This document shows positions 47,153-57,660 of a stretch of 64,000 nucleotides of DNA, piece after piece. The stretch comes from Pseudomonadota bacterium (GTDB lineage: Bacteria; Pseudomonadota; Alphaproteobacteria; Paracaedibacterales; CAIOTO01): contig JAZKDQ010000001.1 in the NCBI GenBank assembly GCA_040387495.1, positions 186,001 through 250,000 on the forward strand, in the 5' to 3' direction. A model generated the notes under the pieces. The model saw only the letters and a list, made by a program, of their open reading frames with translations, did no database searches and had not been told where the DNA came from. A program made the translations under genes and the position numbers. How positions within the stretch are numbered: the stretch's first letter is position 1; the number at the start of each line of letters is the position of its first letter.

Positions 47153-49874
47153 TATCCCATTTGGCATGTGTTTTTTAAAGACATTAGCTAGCTTCTTAAA
47201 AAGTGATTTTAATGCTAATTCACCTTTTGCACGTGCATCTACACATATATGGTTGCCAACTAATCGTAGTGTGATTGGTCTTAAGGAATCTTTGATCAAT
47301 GAAGCTGGCAATACTTTTGTCTTGCCAACATTATATTCATTGACTGATCTTGAATCTGAAAATCCATTTGCATTAAAAGCCATTGATGATTTACCAGAGG
47401 CTATCGGAGCATTTGAACGCTTAGCATTAGTGATGGATTTTTTGCCTGCAACGATGCATGTAAAGAAAGCGTTTTCCATTGCTGAGTATTTGATTGCGTT
47501 ACATGATGAATGCATTATTAGTGAAGTGTCGGTTGAACTACTTGAATCACAGTATGATGCTAAGCTTTATGAAAATGCACCGGCGCATGTACAAGATGCT
47601 TTTCAGAACCTTAGAATACTAACGCATCATTTGCCTAATGTGCTGGAAAAACGGGGGCTCGTCACGGAATCATGGCGTCGCCAACAAGCAATGCGTATTT
47701 TAGCTGAAGATTTGACGCAAAACCCACCATCTCACCCCATTTTGATGGCAGGTACTACTGGTACAGTTCCAGCGACACGGACACTGCTTAAGACTGTGTA
47801 TGATTTACCGATTGGGATTATTGTGTTGCCAGGTTTGGAAAACTCTTTTGATTCGGCGCGCGTTTCGGCCATGCGTTCGCATCCACAACATACTTTGTTT
47901 GATTTATGTTCCTATTTGGGGGTGGATCCAGGTGCTGTGCCAGACATTACTTATTCTCCAAGTGATTTTGCCAAAGACCGCCGTCATGATGTGATGGCAT
48001 TATTTAAAAAGCCACCATTTGATAAACGAGAAGAATCTAGTGCAACTCCGATCTCGATTGAATGCGCAAGCCAGGCAGAAGAAGCACGTGTTATAACGGC
48101 AATTGTGCGTGAAAAACTTTTTGAAACGAATAATTCAATAGCCATTGTAACACCAAACCAAACCCTTATGCGTCGCTTAAGGGCAGAGCTTTCTTTGCAT
48201 GGCATCACACCAAACGATTCTGCCGGCATTCCTTTAAAAGATGCGCCAGTTGGTAGTTTCTTTATTAATTTTGCGAATTTTTTGCAAAACCCAGCGTGTG
48301 CAACTTTTATTCATTTAGCAAAACACCCGTTATGTGCAAAGGCTAATCGTGCTGAACATCTGTTGTATTTACGTGGGTATGAGGTTTTGCTACGTAAGAA
48401 GCAAAAACCATGGAACTCAGATGCCGGCAGCCCACTGATTGCTCAGCTGAACGTATTGCTAAAACAACGCGCAGAATGTCAGTCGTTTTATGATTTTATC
48501 CGATTCTTTAAAAATGCAGCAAATGATCTTGCTACAGGTGCTTTGTTTGAAAGTAATGATGGAGAGTCAGCCGCTACTTTTTTCGATGTACTTGTTAAAA
48601 TGCCGCCATTCATTCGTCGTGATTTTGAAGACGCAGTGTTAACCTTGATGTCAATGGCACCACCTGTGCATACACATGAAGGACTTGGTTCGCGTGTTCG
48701 TATTCTTGGTACGTTGGAAGCGCGTCTTAACACAGCGGATGTTGTAATTTGCGCCAGTTTGAATGAGGGTAATTGGCCAAAAACACCAGAGAATGACCCA
48801 TTGTTATCCGATAGCTTTAGGATTCACATTGGTTTACCCTCTCAAAAACGCCGTCAGGGTTTAGCTGCACATGATTTTTGCACATCTTTTTATGCAAAAT
48901 ATTTATATATGACACGCCCTGTTCGTGAGGGCGGCGAAGTTGGGCTTCAAAGCCGCCTTTGGACACGACTAATAGGACGTTATGGTATCTCAGTTTCGTC
49001 TTATCGCATGATCGCTAATTATCATTTAGAGACATCTGCGGCGCCAAGAATGCCGCCTATGCCAGCACCATTAAAAGTACACCGCCCAGTAATCTACTAT
49101 GCGAGTCATGTGGAGCAACTTATGCGAGATCCGTATGCGTACTACACGCGGCATGTATTGCGATTGGATCCACTACCGGTACTGGATGAAGCGTTATCGG
49201 CAAAAGATAAAGGGCAAATGTTTCACGACATTTTGGATAAATATGTAAAGGAAGTGCCTGAACCTTCCTTTGAAAAGTTGCTGGATTTTTCAAAACCATT
49301 TTTCGATAGTTTAGAGGAAAAGGGAAGGGGAATCGTTCAGACGTTTTGGTGGTATCGTTTTAAACGTATCGCCGAGTGGTGGCATGGTAAGTTGGATGTT
49401 GAATTGGTGAGCCACCGTACAACGGAGACTGCCGGTGAAACAACTTTGTTGCTTGATGGAACATCCGTTGCGCTAAAAAGTCGTGCTGACCGCATTGAAA
49501 GTCCATTGGGAGAGACGGCGCTACGAATTATTGATTATAAAACGGGCGCATTGCCTACACGAAAATCTGTTGCAGATGGATCTTCTCCGCAATTGCTCGT
49601 TGAGGCTGTTATTGCGCACAACCAAGGATTTGGTGATGCTTTTCTGACTGATGGTGTATTTCAGCTGGAATATTGGCGCCTTACTGGTGGTGATCCTGCG
49701 GGTGAATGTTTGATATTCACCAGTTCTTATGAGGATCGTTTGAAAACTGAGGTATCTATTAAGCGTATGCTGACTCATTATTTACGCGACAGTAGCCCAT
49801 ATTTGGCGACTGGATCATTTGCTGATATCGGCTTCTTTGCTCGAATGGAAGAGTGGGAAACTCAATTATCTTGA
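47136..49874 (+). CDS. addB: Double-strand break repair protein AddB
   Basis: IYNIPFG..FL..LA, LPTNRS, AGTTGTVPAT, ILGTLEARL, LNEGNWP, LMRDPY, RADRIE..IIDYKTG PD-(D/E)XK nuclease. Confidence 0.88.
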   Translation: MGQIYNIPFGMCFLKTLASFLKSDFNANSPFARASTHIWLPTNRSVIGLKESLINEAGNTFVLPTLYSLTDLESENPFALKAIDDLPEAIGAFERLALVMDFLPATMHVKKAFSIAEYLIALHDECIISEVSVELLESQYDAKLYENAPAHVQDAFQNLRILTHHLPNVLEKRGLVTESWRRQQAMRILAEDLTQNPPSHPILMAGTTGTVPATRTLLKTVYDLPIGIIVLPGLENSFDSARVSAMRSHPQHTLFDLCSYLGVDPGAVPDITYSPSDFAKDRRHDVMALFKKPPFDKREESSATPISIECASQAEEARVITAIVREKLFETNNSIAIVTPNQTLMRRLRAELSLHGITPNDSAGIPLKDAPVGSFFINFANFLQNPACATFIHLAKHPLCAKANRAEHLLYLRGYEVLLRKKQKPWNSDAGSPLIAQLNVLLKQRAECQSFYDFIRFFKNAANDLATGALFESNDGESAATFFDVLVKMPPFIRRDFEDAVLTLMSMAPPVHTHEGLGSRVRILGTLEARLNTADVVICASLNEGNWPKTPENDPLLSDSFRIHIGLPSQKRRQGLAAHDFCTSFYAKYLYMTRPVREGGEVGLQSRLWTRLIGRYGISVSSYRMIANYHLETSAAPRMPPMPAPLKVHRPVIYYASHVEQLMRDPYAYYTRHVLRLDPLPVLDEALSAKDKGQMFHDILDKYVKEVPEPSFEKLLDFSKPFFDSLEEKGRGIVQTFWWYRFKRIAEWWHGKLDVELVSHRTTETAGETTLLLDGTSVALKSRADRIESPLGETALRIIDYKTGALPTRKSVADGSSPQLLVEAVIAHNQGFGDAFLTDGVFQLEYWRLTGGDPAGECLIFTSSYEDRLKTEVSIKRMLTHYLRDSSPYLATGSFADIGFFARMEEWETQLS

Positions 49875-49892
49875 GAACGACAGCTCCTTGCA

Positions 49893-49907
49893 TTAACACC
49901 TTATTAA
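49893..49907. promoter_or_regulatory. CtrA-type box upstream of flgB
   Basis: TTAA-cacctta-TTAA. Confidence 0.5.
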
Positions 49908-49958
49908 TTTTTTTATCTCAAACTGATAATAGAATAAACATGTGTTAATGAGTCCTTT

Positions 49959-50318
49959 ATGTTAAATAACAGATTAAGCATTTTAATGCAGCAGCGTGCC
50001 CAGTGGCTGAGTGCAAAAACACAGCTTACTGTAGAAAACATTGCAAACTCTGATATGAAAAGTGCTAAACGTAAAGAAATTTCGCCATTTGTATCTATAT
50101 TACAGCGTTCAAATTATGCGCGCACAAACACTGGAAAGTTACTGAATGATGTTAAAAATTTTAGAATCAAAAAAGAAGACATTATTACAACAAAAGAGGA
50201 AATTTCGCGTGAACAGGAAATGATGCTTCTTACACGTGCGACAGCTGACCACGATGGCTTGATGAGTATTATTAAGAAATTTCATCAAATGTACAGAGCA
50301 GTTCTGTCAAAGAGCTAG
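49959..50318 (+). CDS. flgB: Flagellar basal-body rod protein FlgB (divergent)
   Basis: WL..KTQLTVENIANSD, EISREQEMM; first gene of a flgB-flgC-fliE triplet. Confidence 0.75.
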   Translation: MLNNRLSILMQQRAQWLSAKTQLTVENIANSDMKSAKRKEISPFVSILQRSNYARTNTGKLLNDVKNFRIKKEDIITTKEEISREQEMMLLTRATADHDGLMSIIKKFHQMYRAVLSKS

Positions 50319-50348
50319 TAATGAATTCATTATTAAAGGTTACACGGT

Positions 50349-50786
50349 ATGTCATACAATTCAGGTAGTTCAGGAATCTCAGCGTTAACAAAATCGCTAC
50401 ATATCTCAACAGCGGCTATTATTGCACAAAATCAACGTGTCCTAGTTCTTTCTCAAAATATTGCAAACGCTGAAGTGAAGGCTATGCCTGGGCAGGAAGT
50501 ATATAAACGACAGTTAGTTAGTTTCCATAATGTGTTTGATCGTGGGATCAGAGCGCCGCTTTTGCGCGTCAAAAAAATAATTCATGTAAATGATGAGCCT
50601 ATTAAAAACTATAGTCCTGGGGATCCCATGGCTGATAAAGAAGGTTTTACACATCAGCCTAATATTAAACCAATAAATGAAATGGCCGACGTTCGTGAAG
50701 CAAGCCGCAGCCATGAATCAAACTTACGCGCATTTGAACGTATCTTGATGATGCTTCAAAATACTGTTGGTTTATTGAAAGGATAA
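50349..50786 (+). CDS. flgC: Flagellar basal-body rod protein FlgC
   Basis: AQNQRVLVLSQNIANAE, YKRQLVSF, YSPGDPMADKEGF..PNI...EMADVREASRSHESNL. Confidence 0.92.
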   Translation: MSYNSGSSGISALTKSLHISTAAIIAQNQRVLVLSQNIANAEVKAMPGQEVYKRQLVSFHNVFDRGIRAPLLRVKKIIHVNDEPIKNYSPGDPMADKEGFTHQPNIKPINEMADVREASRSHESNLRAFERILMMLQNTVGLLKG

Positions 50787-50792
50787 TTATTA

Positions 50793-51122
50793 ATGTCAGT
50801 ATCGGGTGCAAATTTACCGTATAATAATATGAATCAAAGTCCTGTGTTTAGCACGACAGGAAAAGATATGAACATTATTATTGGGAAAGAAAAGCAAGGG
50901 CAGCCAAGTGAATTTAAGTCATTCTTAGAGAATTCTGCATCAAGTTTCTTAAAAGAAACAAAAGAAGTTGAACAAAAGGTTACACAATTTTCTGAAGGAA
51001 AGCTCGATATAGAGGCTGTTGCTTCTGAAGTTGCTGCAATGAGTGTCAAGATTGAGGCGGCTAAGCGAACGGCAGAAGAACTTAAAACAGGCATACATTC
51101 TTTGCTTAATATGCAAATGTAA
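50793..51122 (+). CDS. fliE: Flagellar hook-basal body protein FliE (divergent)
   Basis: EFKSFLE, GKLDIEAV, C-terminal LLNMQM; position after flgC. Confidence 0.7.
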   Translation: MSVSGANLPYNNMNQSPVFSTTGKDMNIIIGKEKQGQPSEFKSFLENSASSFLKETKEVEQKVTQFSEGKLDIEAVASEVAAMSVKIEAAKRTAEELKTGIHSLLNMQM

Positions 51123-51182
51123 ATGCAGTTGTGTTTGAAATATGATCAAAACATAGGATTTTCCAAGTTTTTTGGATGCGAT

Positions 51183-51332
51183 ATATTTTTCTTGCTCAAT
51201 TGATTTGCATTTTGTAAAATTAAAACTTGAAAACTATCCTTAAAAACTCATCTCTTTTTATCATATTTTTCTTGCGTAGTGGAGTTTCATTTTATAGAAT
51301 TTAAACTTGAAAATCGATGTTGAAAACCGTTC
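51183..51332 (+). promoter_or_regulatory. 80-bp tandem duplicated promoter module upstream of greA
   Basis: TTGCTC-17-TAAAAT (51192-51220) and TTGCGT-17-TAGAAT (51272-51300), each preceded by ATATTTTTC and followed by AAACTTGAAAA. Confidence 0.7.
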
Positions 51333-51450
51333 TTTTAAACCATTTCAAAAAATGTAAGAATTTTGGGCTAAATGGGTTGTTGTTTTTTATGTCTAAATAA
51401 AATGATTCGTGTTAATTTTTTAATTTTTATAGTAGTGAGTAGTTAGTTTT

Positions 51451-51924
51451 ATGGAAAAAATTCCAATGACCGAAGGTGGCTTTGTAGCCTTACGAGACGA
51501 ATTGCATCATTTAAAGGGGACAGAGCGTCCTTCTGTGATAAAAGCAATTTCTGACGCACGTGAACATGGTGATTTAGGTGAGAATGCTGAATACCATGCG
51601 GCTAAAGAGAAGCAAAGCTTTATTGAAGGTCGTATTGCTGAATTAGAAGATAAAGTTAGTCGTGCTGAAGTAATTGATCTTTCTAAGATTTCAGGAGACG
51701 ATATTAAGTTTGGTGCGACAATTCAGCTGATCGATGATGATACGGATGAAATGCATACATATCAGATTGTAGGTAGTGATGAGGCTGATGTAAAAAAGGG
51801 ACTTCTTTCAATTACATCGCCATTGGCGCGCGCATTAATTGGTAAAAAAGTTGATGATAGTATTGAAGTAATCACACCTAATGGTGGTAAAGCTTACACG
51901 ATTCAAGAGGTACGATACGTATAA
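51451..51924 (+). CDS. greA: Transcription elongation factor GreA
   Basis: [45 protein letters not shown]. Confidence 0.97.
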   Translation: MEKIPMTEGGFVALRDELHHLKGTERPSVIKAISDAREHGDLGENAEYHAAKEKQSFIEGRIAELEDKVSRAEVIDLSKISGDDIKFGATIQLIDDDTDEMHTYQIVGSDEADVKKGLLSITSPLARALIGKKVDDSIEVITPNGGKAYTIQEVRYV

Positions 51925-52868
51925 TGAGTGCCCCCTTGAAACTTGATCCAGTAGATACACAAACAGCTGAACTTGACGAACTTCGTGGTCAGTCTTATCA
52001 AACACGGCGTGCGACGGTGCCAGCACTTGAAGAGATGTTGTACAAACCGCAGCCTGTACTTGATCATGGTTTCGTGCGCGTAGTTGATTATATGGGTGAT
52101 GATAGTGCGATTGTGCAGGCCGCCCGGGTTTCCTATGGTAAGGGAACAAAACAAGTTTCTGAAGACCGTGGTTTGATCCGTTATTTGATGCGTCACTGGC
52201 ATTCCACTCCATTTGAAATGTGCGAAATAAAATTGCATGTTAAGTTGCCTATGTTTGTTGCACGTCAATGGATTCGTCATCGTACAGCAAACGTTAATGA
52301 GTATTCTGCGCGTTATTCTATTTTAGATCGTGAATTTTACGTGCCTGCAGCTGAGCATTTATCTGCGCAATCGACGTCTAACCGACAAGGACGTGCAGGT
52401 GTTCTTGAAGGCGAGCATGCACAAAATGTGCTCAACATGCTTAAAGAAGATGCAACGCGTTGTTATGACAACTATATGTGGATGCTTAACGAAGATGAGT
52501 CTCAAGGAGATCATCCTGGTATGGCGCGTGAACTTGCTCGTATGAATCTACCGGTAAATTTTTATACACAATGGTATTGGAAAGTTGACTTGCATAACTT
52601 GATGCACTTTTTGCGCCTTCGTGCTGATCCACATGCGCAATATGAAATTCGTGTATATGCTGATGCTATTTTAAATATAATGAAGGCTTGGGTTCCTTTA
52701 GCGTTTGATGCATTTGAGGAATATCGCTTAGGTGCTGCGCAATTGTCAGCAACAGGTGTTCGTCTTGTACAACGTCGTTTGGCTGGTGAGAAGATTACCT
52801 TTGAGCAGAGCGGATTATCCAAGCGTGAATGGGTTGAGTTGTGCGAACTGTTTGATGTTACTCAATAG
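51924..52868 (+). CDS. thyX: FAD-dependent thymidylate synthase
   Basis: [56 protein letters not shown] coupling to greA. Confidence 0.97.
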   Translation: MSAPLKLDPVDTQTAELDELRGQSYQTRRATVPALEEMLYKPQPVLDHGFVRVVDYMGDDSAIVQAARVSYGKGTKQVSEDRGLIRYLMRHWHSTPFEMCEIKLHVKLPMFVARQWIRHRTANVNEYSARYSILDREFYVPAAEHLSAQSTSNRQGRAGVLEGEHAQNVLNMLKEDATRCYDNYMWMLNEDESQGDHPGMARELARMNLPVNFYTQWYWKVDLHNLMHFLRLRADPHAQYEIRVYADAILNIMKAWVPLAFDAFEEYRLGAAQLSATGVRLVQRRLAGEKITFEQSGLSKREWVELCELFDVTQ

Positions 52869-52889
52869 AATACAACGTAAAAGTAAAAC

Positions 52890-53834
52890 ATGAAAAATAC
52901 ATCCACTAAGGACGTTTTGCCATTAAAAAAGCCTGATTGGATTCGGGTAAAGGCGCCTGTTTCAAAGGAATATCATGAAACAGCTGCTCTGATGCGCTCG
53001 CTTAACCTAAAAACGGTGTGTGAAGAGGCTGCTTGCCCAAATGTGGGTGAATGTTGGTCAAAAAGACATGCGACAATGATGATCTTGGGTGATGTGTGCA
53101 CGCGTGCATGTGCGTTCTGTAATGTTAAAACAGGGCGGCCAGACTTGCTTGATCCGCATGAGCCGGAGCGCGTTGGTAAAGGCGTTGCTGGGCTTGGTCT
53201 TAGCCATGTGGTTATTACATCTGTTGACCGTGATGATCTTGACGATGGCGGCGCCAATCATTTCGCCGAAGTTATTCGCCAGATTCGATTGCAATCTCCG
53301 GGAACGACAATTGAGATTCTAACCCCAGATTTCTTGCGAAAAGAAGGTGCACTTGAAATTGTTGTAAAAGCGCGTCCTGATGTTTATAACCACAATCTTG
53401 AAACAGTGCCACGCCTGTATCCATCCGTTAGGCCGGGCGCCCGTTATTTCCATTCATTGCGACTTTTGAATCGCGTAAAAGAGCTTGATCCAACGATCTT
53501 TACAAAATCAGGCATTATGGTGGGTCTTGGTGAAGAACGCACAGAGGTTTTGCAAGTCATGGATGACTTGCGTGCAGCTGATGTTGACTTTATGACGATT
53601 GGGCAGTACCTTCAGCCAACCCCTAAGCACCATGATGTGATGGAATATGCAACACTTGAACAGTTTGATGACTATGCCAAAATGGGCCGTGGCAAAGGAT
53701 TCTTGCTAGTAGCTGCCTCACCTTTAACGCGATCATCCTATCATGCGGGTGATGATTTTGAACGTTTGCGTGCTGCGCGTCTTGATCAGACATCTAAAGT
53801 TAGCCCTTCAAAGGTTGATAATGCCAACGCATAG
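52890..53834 (+). CDS. lipA: Lipoyl synthase
   Basis: [23 protein letters not shown] radical SAM motif, NHNLETV, RSSYHA. Confidence 0.97.
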   Translation: MKNTSTKDVLPLKKPDWIRVKAPVSKEYHETAALMRSLNLKTVCEEAACPNVGECWSKRHATMMILGDVCTRACAFCNVKTGRPDLLDPHEPERVGKGVAGLGLSHVVITSVDRDDLDDGGANHFAEVIRQIRLQSPGTTIEILTPDFLRKEGALEIVVKARPDVYNHNLETVPRLYPSVRPGARYFHSLRLLNRVKELDPTIFTKSGIMVGLGEERTEVLQVMDDLRAADVDFMTIGQYLQPTPKHHDVMEYATLEQFDDYAKMGRGKGFLLVAASPLTRSSYHAGDDFERLRAARLDQTSKVSPSKVDNANA

Positions 53835-54267
53835 TGAAAAACGAATTGTTCCCTATACACCAGAGCAAATGTATTCTCTTGTTGCTGATGTCGCAGCTTA
53901 TTCTGATTTTTTGCCGTGGGTGACTTCTTCGGTTGTATACAATCACTCAGCTACTGGATTTGAGGCTGATCTTTCAATTGGTGCCTCTTTTATCACTCAT
54001 GCATATTCGTCGAAGGTTATGTTGCAGCCAGAGAATTATCGTATTGATGTTACCCATACAAAAGGGCCATTCCATCATCTGAATAATCACTGGATTTTTC
54101 ATAATCGTGAAGAGGGTGCGGAAATTGAGTTCTTTCTTGATTTTGAATTGAGCAATCCATTTTTAAAACCAGTATTGCAACCTTTCTTGAATCAAGCTGC
54201 AGGTATGATGGTCAGTGCATTTGAAACACGTGCACAGCACTTGTTTGGAAAGACTTGTAATAGGTAA
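53821..54267 (+). CDS. RatA/Coq10-like START-domain (polyketide cyclase) protein
   Basis: [50 protein letters not shown]; follows lipA. Confidence 0.88.
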   Translation: MPTHSEKRIVPYTPEQMYSLVADVAAYSDFLPWVTSSVVYNHSATGFEADLSIGASFITHAYSSKVMLQPENYRIDVTHTKGPFHHLNNHWIFHNREEGAEIEFFLDFELSNPFLKPVLQPFLNQAAGMMVSAFETRAQHLFGKTCNR

Positions 54268-54337
54268 GGTAAACTTGATAAAATCAAATAGCGTTCACTA
54301 TTGATTCTCATCTTCCTCTTTTGATAAAGCGACACTT

Positions 54338-54982
54338 ATGACAAATGAATTTTTCCTCCAAGCCTTTGTGACTCTCCTTGTTATTGTTAATCCTTTTTCA
54401 GTTGTGCCTATATTTGTGTCTTTGACGCAAAATGATTCTGCTTCCGTGAAGAAAAAGATTGTGAAAAAAGCTTGCTTAATTTCGATTACATTACTTTTAA
54501 CCTTTGCATTCGCAGGTGATAAGTTGCTTGATTTAATGCGTATTTCGCCAGAGGCGTTCCGTATTACGGGTGGTTTATTGCTCCTTCTTGCTGCTATTAA
54601 GATGGTTTTGTCTAAAGGAGGTTGTTCAGGTGATTCGCCAAATGGTGACGTAAGAATTGATGCAAACAAACGTGAAGACGTTTCTGTTTACCCGCTTTCC
54701 ATCCCATTGCTTGCTGGACCTGGAGCGTTGACAACAGTTGTTCTTTTGATGAGAGAGGCCACAGAATTGAATTTTCAATCAGTGGTTGGGGTTGTCGGTG
54801 TAGTTTTTTTGGTTATTACTATTGCATGGGGAAGTTTGTTACTTGGTGATCGTTTAATGCGTATATTAGGTGTTACAGGAACCAATGTCTTAACACGTGT
54901 ATTTGGTATTATTTTAGCAGCCGTATCTATTGATGGCATCTTAAAAGGTTTAATTGCTGTGTTTAAGCTTGCGAAAGTATAA
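54338..54982 (+). CDS. MarC family integral membrane protein
   Basis: FVTLLVIVNPF, AFRITGGLLL, YPLSIPLLAGPGA, TRVFGIILAA. Confidence 0.9.
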   Translation: MTNEFFLQAFVTLLVIVNPFSVVPIFVSLTQNDSASVKKKIVKKACLISITLLLTFAFAGDKLLDLMRISPEAFRITGGLLLLLAAIKMVLSKGGCSGDSPNGDVRIDANKREDVSVYPLSIPLLAGPGALTTVVLLMREATELNFQSVVGVVGVVFLVITIAWGSLLLGDRLMRILGVTGTNVLTRVFGIILAAVSIDGILKGLIAVFKLAKV

Positions 54983-54987
54983 ATTTG

Positions 54988-56334
54988 ATGGCTAAAGCAA
55001 CACATCGATTTGTCTGTCAAGATTGCGGATCCTATTATTCAAAATGGGCAGGTCGATGTGAGGGATGTGGTTCGTGGAATCGCATGGTTGAAGAAGTTCT
55101 TAATACGAAAACAGCGAAGGCTTCGCGCATATCACCCGATGAGTTTTTTGAAAATCTAGCGATTGAAGACCCTAATAAACACAATCAAACGCGTTTACCA
55201 AGCCATTTAACTGAGTTTGACCGTGTCTGCGGCGGCGGGTTAGTGCCAGGTTCGGTCCTGTTGATTGGCGGTGATCCTGGAATTGGCAAATCCACGTTGT
55301 TGCTGCAAATCGTATCAAAAATGGCAGCAGAGCGTTCATGCGTGTACATTTCGGGTGAGGAAGCAACATCACAAATTCGTTTGCGTGCGAATCGTTTGGG
55401 CTTAGCAAATACGCCGGTACATTTAGCAGCTGCAACACAATTGCCCGATATTATTGGGGCGCTTAATCGGATGCCAGCTCTGGATGTAGTCGTGATCGAT
55501 TCCATACAAACTATTGCCAGTGATATGATTGAATCAGCCCCAGGTAGCGTATCGCAGGTACGTGCATGCGCGTTTGAATTAATTCAGCTCGCTAAGAAAA
55601 AAGGGTTTGTTCTGATTTTGGTGGGACATGTTACCAAAGAAGGTACGCTTGCAGGTCCGCGCGTGCTTGAGCATATGGTTGATACAGTTTTGTATTTCGA
55701 AGGTGACGGAGCATATGATTACCGTTTGTTACGATCAGTAAAGAATCGATTTGGGCCATCAAATGAAATTGGTGTTTTTGCGATGGAAGAGGGCGGTTTG
55801 CGTCCTATTGAGAATCCATCAGAATTGTTTTTATCACAACATGAAACGCCCGTTAGTGGGACGGCAATTTTTGCTGGTGTTGAAGGTACGCGCCCCTTAT
55901 TGGTTGAAGTGCAAGCACTTGTGGCACCATCTGCGTATGCGTCCCCGAAGCGCACGACCGTGGGTTGGGATGTAAATCGTTTGGCAATGGTGGTGGCTGT
56001 GCTTGAGGCGCGCTGCGGGCTTAGCTTTGCAGGTAAGGATATCTATTTGAATGTGGTCGGCGGCCTTAAAGTGACAGAGCCTGCTGCGGATTTGGCCATG
56101 GCAGCGTCGTTGATTTCAGCGCTTAGCAATAATCCCATCTATGGTAAGTGTGTTTATTTTGGTGAGATTGGTTTAACAGGAGAAGTTCGGTCAGTGAGCC
56201 AGGCAGAATCACGTTTAAAAGAATCAGCGCGTTTAGGGTTTGAAACGGCTTATTGTGCGCCAACAACAGCGCGTTATGTGGATGTGATTCCACAGCATGA
56301 TGTGCGGTTTGTGCTGGATTTGATTAAACTTTAG
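54988..56334 (+). CDS. radA: DNA repair protein RadA/Sms
   Basis: CQDCG..KWAGRCEGC zinc finger, GGDPGIGKSTLLLQ, IDSIQT, KNRFG, EGTRPLLVEVQAL. Confidence 0.97.
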   Translation: MAKATHRFVCQDCGSYYSKWAGRCEGCGSWNRMVEEVLNTKTAKASRISPDEFFENLAIEDPNKHNQTRLPSHLTEFDRVCGGGLVPGSVLLIGGDPGIGKSTLLLQIVSKMAAERSCVYISGEEATSQIRLRANRLGLANTPVHLAAATQLPDIIGALNRMPALDVVVIDSIQTIASDMIESAPGSVSQVRACAFELIQLAKKKGFVLILVGHVTKEGTLAGPRVLEHMVDTVLYFEGDGAYDYRLLRSVKNRFGPSNEIGVFAMEEGGLRPIENPSELFLSQHETPVSGTAIFAGVEGTRPLLVEVQALVAPSAYASPKRTTVGWDVNRLAMVVAVLEARCGLSFAGKDIYLNVVGGLKVTEPAADLAMAASLISALSNNPIYGKCVYFGEIGLTGEVRSVSQAESRLKESARLGFETAYCAPTTARYVDVIPQHDVRFVLDLIKL

Positions 56335-56458
56335 ACGTAATAACGCAAATTTAGAATTTTGTATTATTTTTCTAAATTAAAATTATTTTTCATGTTGATT
56401 TGTGTTTTTTTTGTGCCTAAAAAGATTTAGTAACTGTTTTTTTTGAAGCACATAATCT

Positions 56459-57589
56459 ATGACAAACTATTGGCAAATTTTTAAAGCAGAATTTAAAGAA
56501 TGGTGGAAAGAATTTTTCTCACCTTTTTTTTCTAATTACATAGGTGGAATAAATGTACAAAAAGCAACTACCTTATTAATTTCCTTATTGGTAGCATTTT
56601 CTACGGCTTCTTTTATATGGTTTATACGTGTAGAGGATATACCCTACCCAATTGGTAATTTTAATATCCATATTATTTCATTTCTGGCGTTTATTTTCTT
56701 GATAATAGCTGTCTGCTTTTTATTTTTACCTGCTATTTTATATTTTCGTTTTCTATTAAGAAATTATAAAATTTATTTTTTAAAAGATAATTTTGATCAA
56801 TTTTTATATTGGAATCTCTTGTTTAGTCCTGCTTATTTTTGTTATTTTCTGTTTATGTATTGGGAAATGAAAAATAACAATGCATTTTCTTGTTTTTTAA
56901 CGTTTTTTTGTATTTTGTTTTTCTTTTTTAATATGTGTAGCATTATCTTATTAATTAGAAAGAAAATCAGAAAAGAAATAAATTTAATATCATTTAAAGA
57001 AATAGTATTTAACAACTTCTGGTCATTTATGGGGCTAATATGTGCCTTTTCTTTTTTCTCGTACGTAAGTTATACAAAATTGCAATATTTAGATAAAGAA
57101 TTGACCTCGAATTGGATAACAATTATCTCTCTTTTTTCTTATCCTGTGTTACTTTTTATCACAACTTATAGATTTAATTCAAAAATACCTATTTTAAAGC
57201 ACATTATAAATTGTGGTTTTATTTTTATAACATGTTTTGTTTTTTATTGCGGCCCAAATTTTATTAAAAGAAGTTTGTATGATCTTAAACTTGGAGGGGA
57301 TTATCCAATTCAATTGGAAATATCACAGGATATTTTATGTCAAAAATATTCATTTCTTGTGAATGACCAAAATATGTGTATTAAAAATCCTAATAACCAA
57401 AACTCAAAAACATTAAAGGATCCTTCATTAGTTCTAAATCTAGGAGGAGAACTTTTTTTTATAAAAGAAAAATGTGAAAAAGAATTGGAAAATAAAGTAG
57501 AGAAAAATGATTTTCAAAAAAGCCAGTCGTTAAAAAAACGTTGTAAAATTCGTTCTATACATCATAAAGATGTTGTTATTTCGTACTAA
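56459..57589 (+). CDS. Hypothetical polytopic membrane protein (very AT-rich)
   Basis: 376-aa open frame with about 7 Phe/Ile-rich hydrophobic segments and a C-terminal soluble Cys-containing tail; family not recognised. Confidence 0.6.
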   Translation: MTNYWQIFKAEFKEWWKEFFSPFFSNYIGGINVQKATTLLISLLVAFSTASFIWFIRVEDIPYPIGNFNIHIISFLAFIFLIIAVCFLFLPAILYFRFLLRNYKIYFLKDNFDQFLYWNLLFSPAYFCYFLFMYWEMKNNNAFSCFLTFFCILFFFFNMCSIILLIRKKIRKEINLISFKEIVFNNFWSFMGLICAFSFFSYVSYTKLQYLDKELTSNWITIISLFSYPVLLFITTYRFNSKIPILKHIINCGFIFITCFVFYCGPNFIKRSLYDLKLGGDYPIQLEISQDILCQKYSFLVNDQNMCIKNPNNQNSKTLKDPSLVLNLGGELFFIKEKCEKELENKVEKNDFQKSQSLKKRCKIRSIHHKDVVISY

Positions 57590-57660
57590 TTTTATCGCCT
57601 TTGAAATAAAGAATGTTAAGAATCTTAGCACTCTTTTTATTTAGGCATATTTAAAAATCT

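Noticed and set aside
53821..54267. RatA-like gene as a toxin-antitoxin system
   Set aside because: No RatB partner; the position after lipA is the usual housekeeping Coq10-like context.
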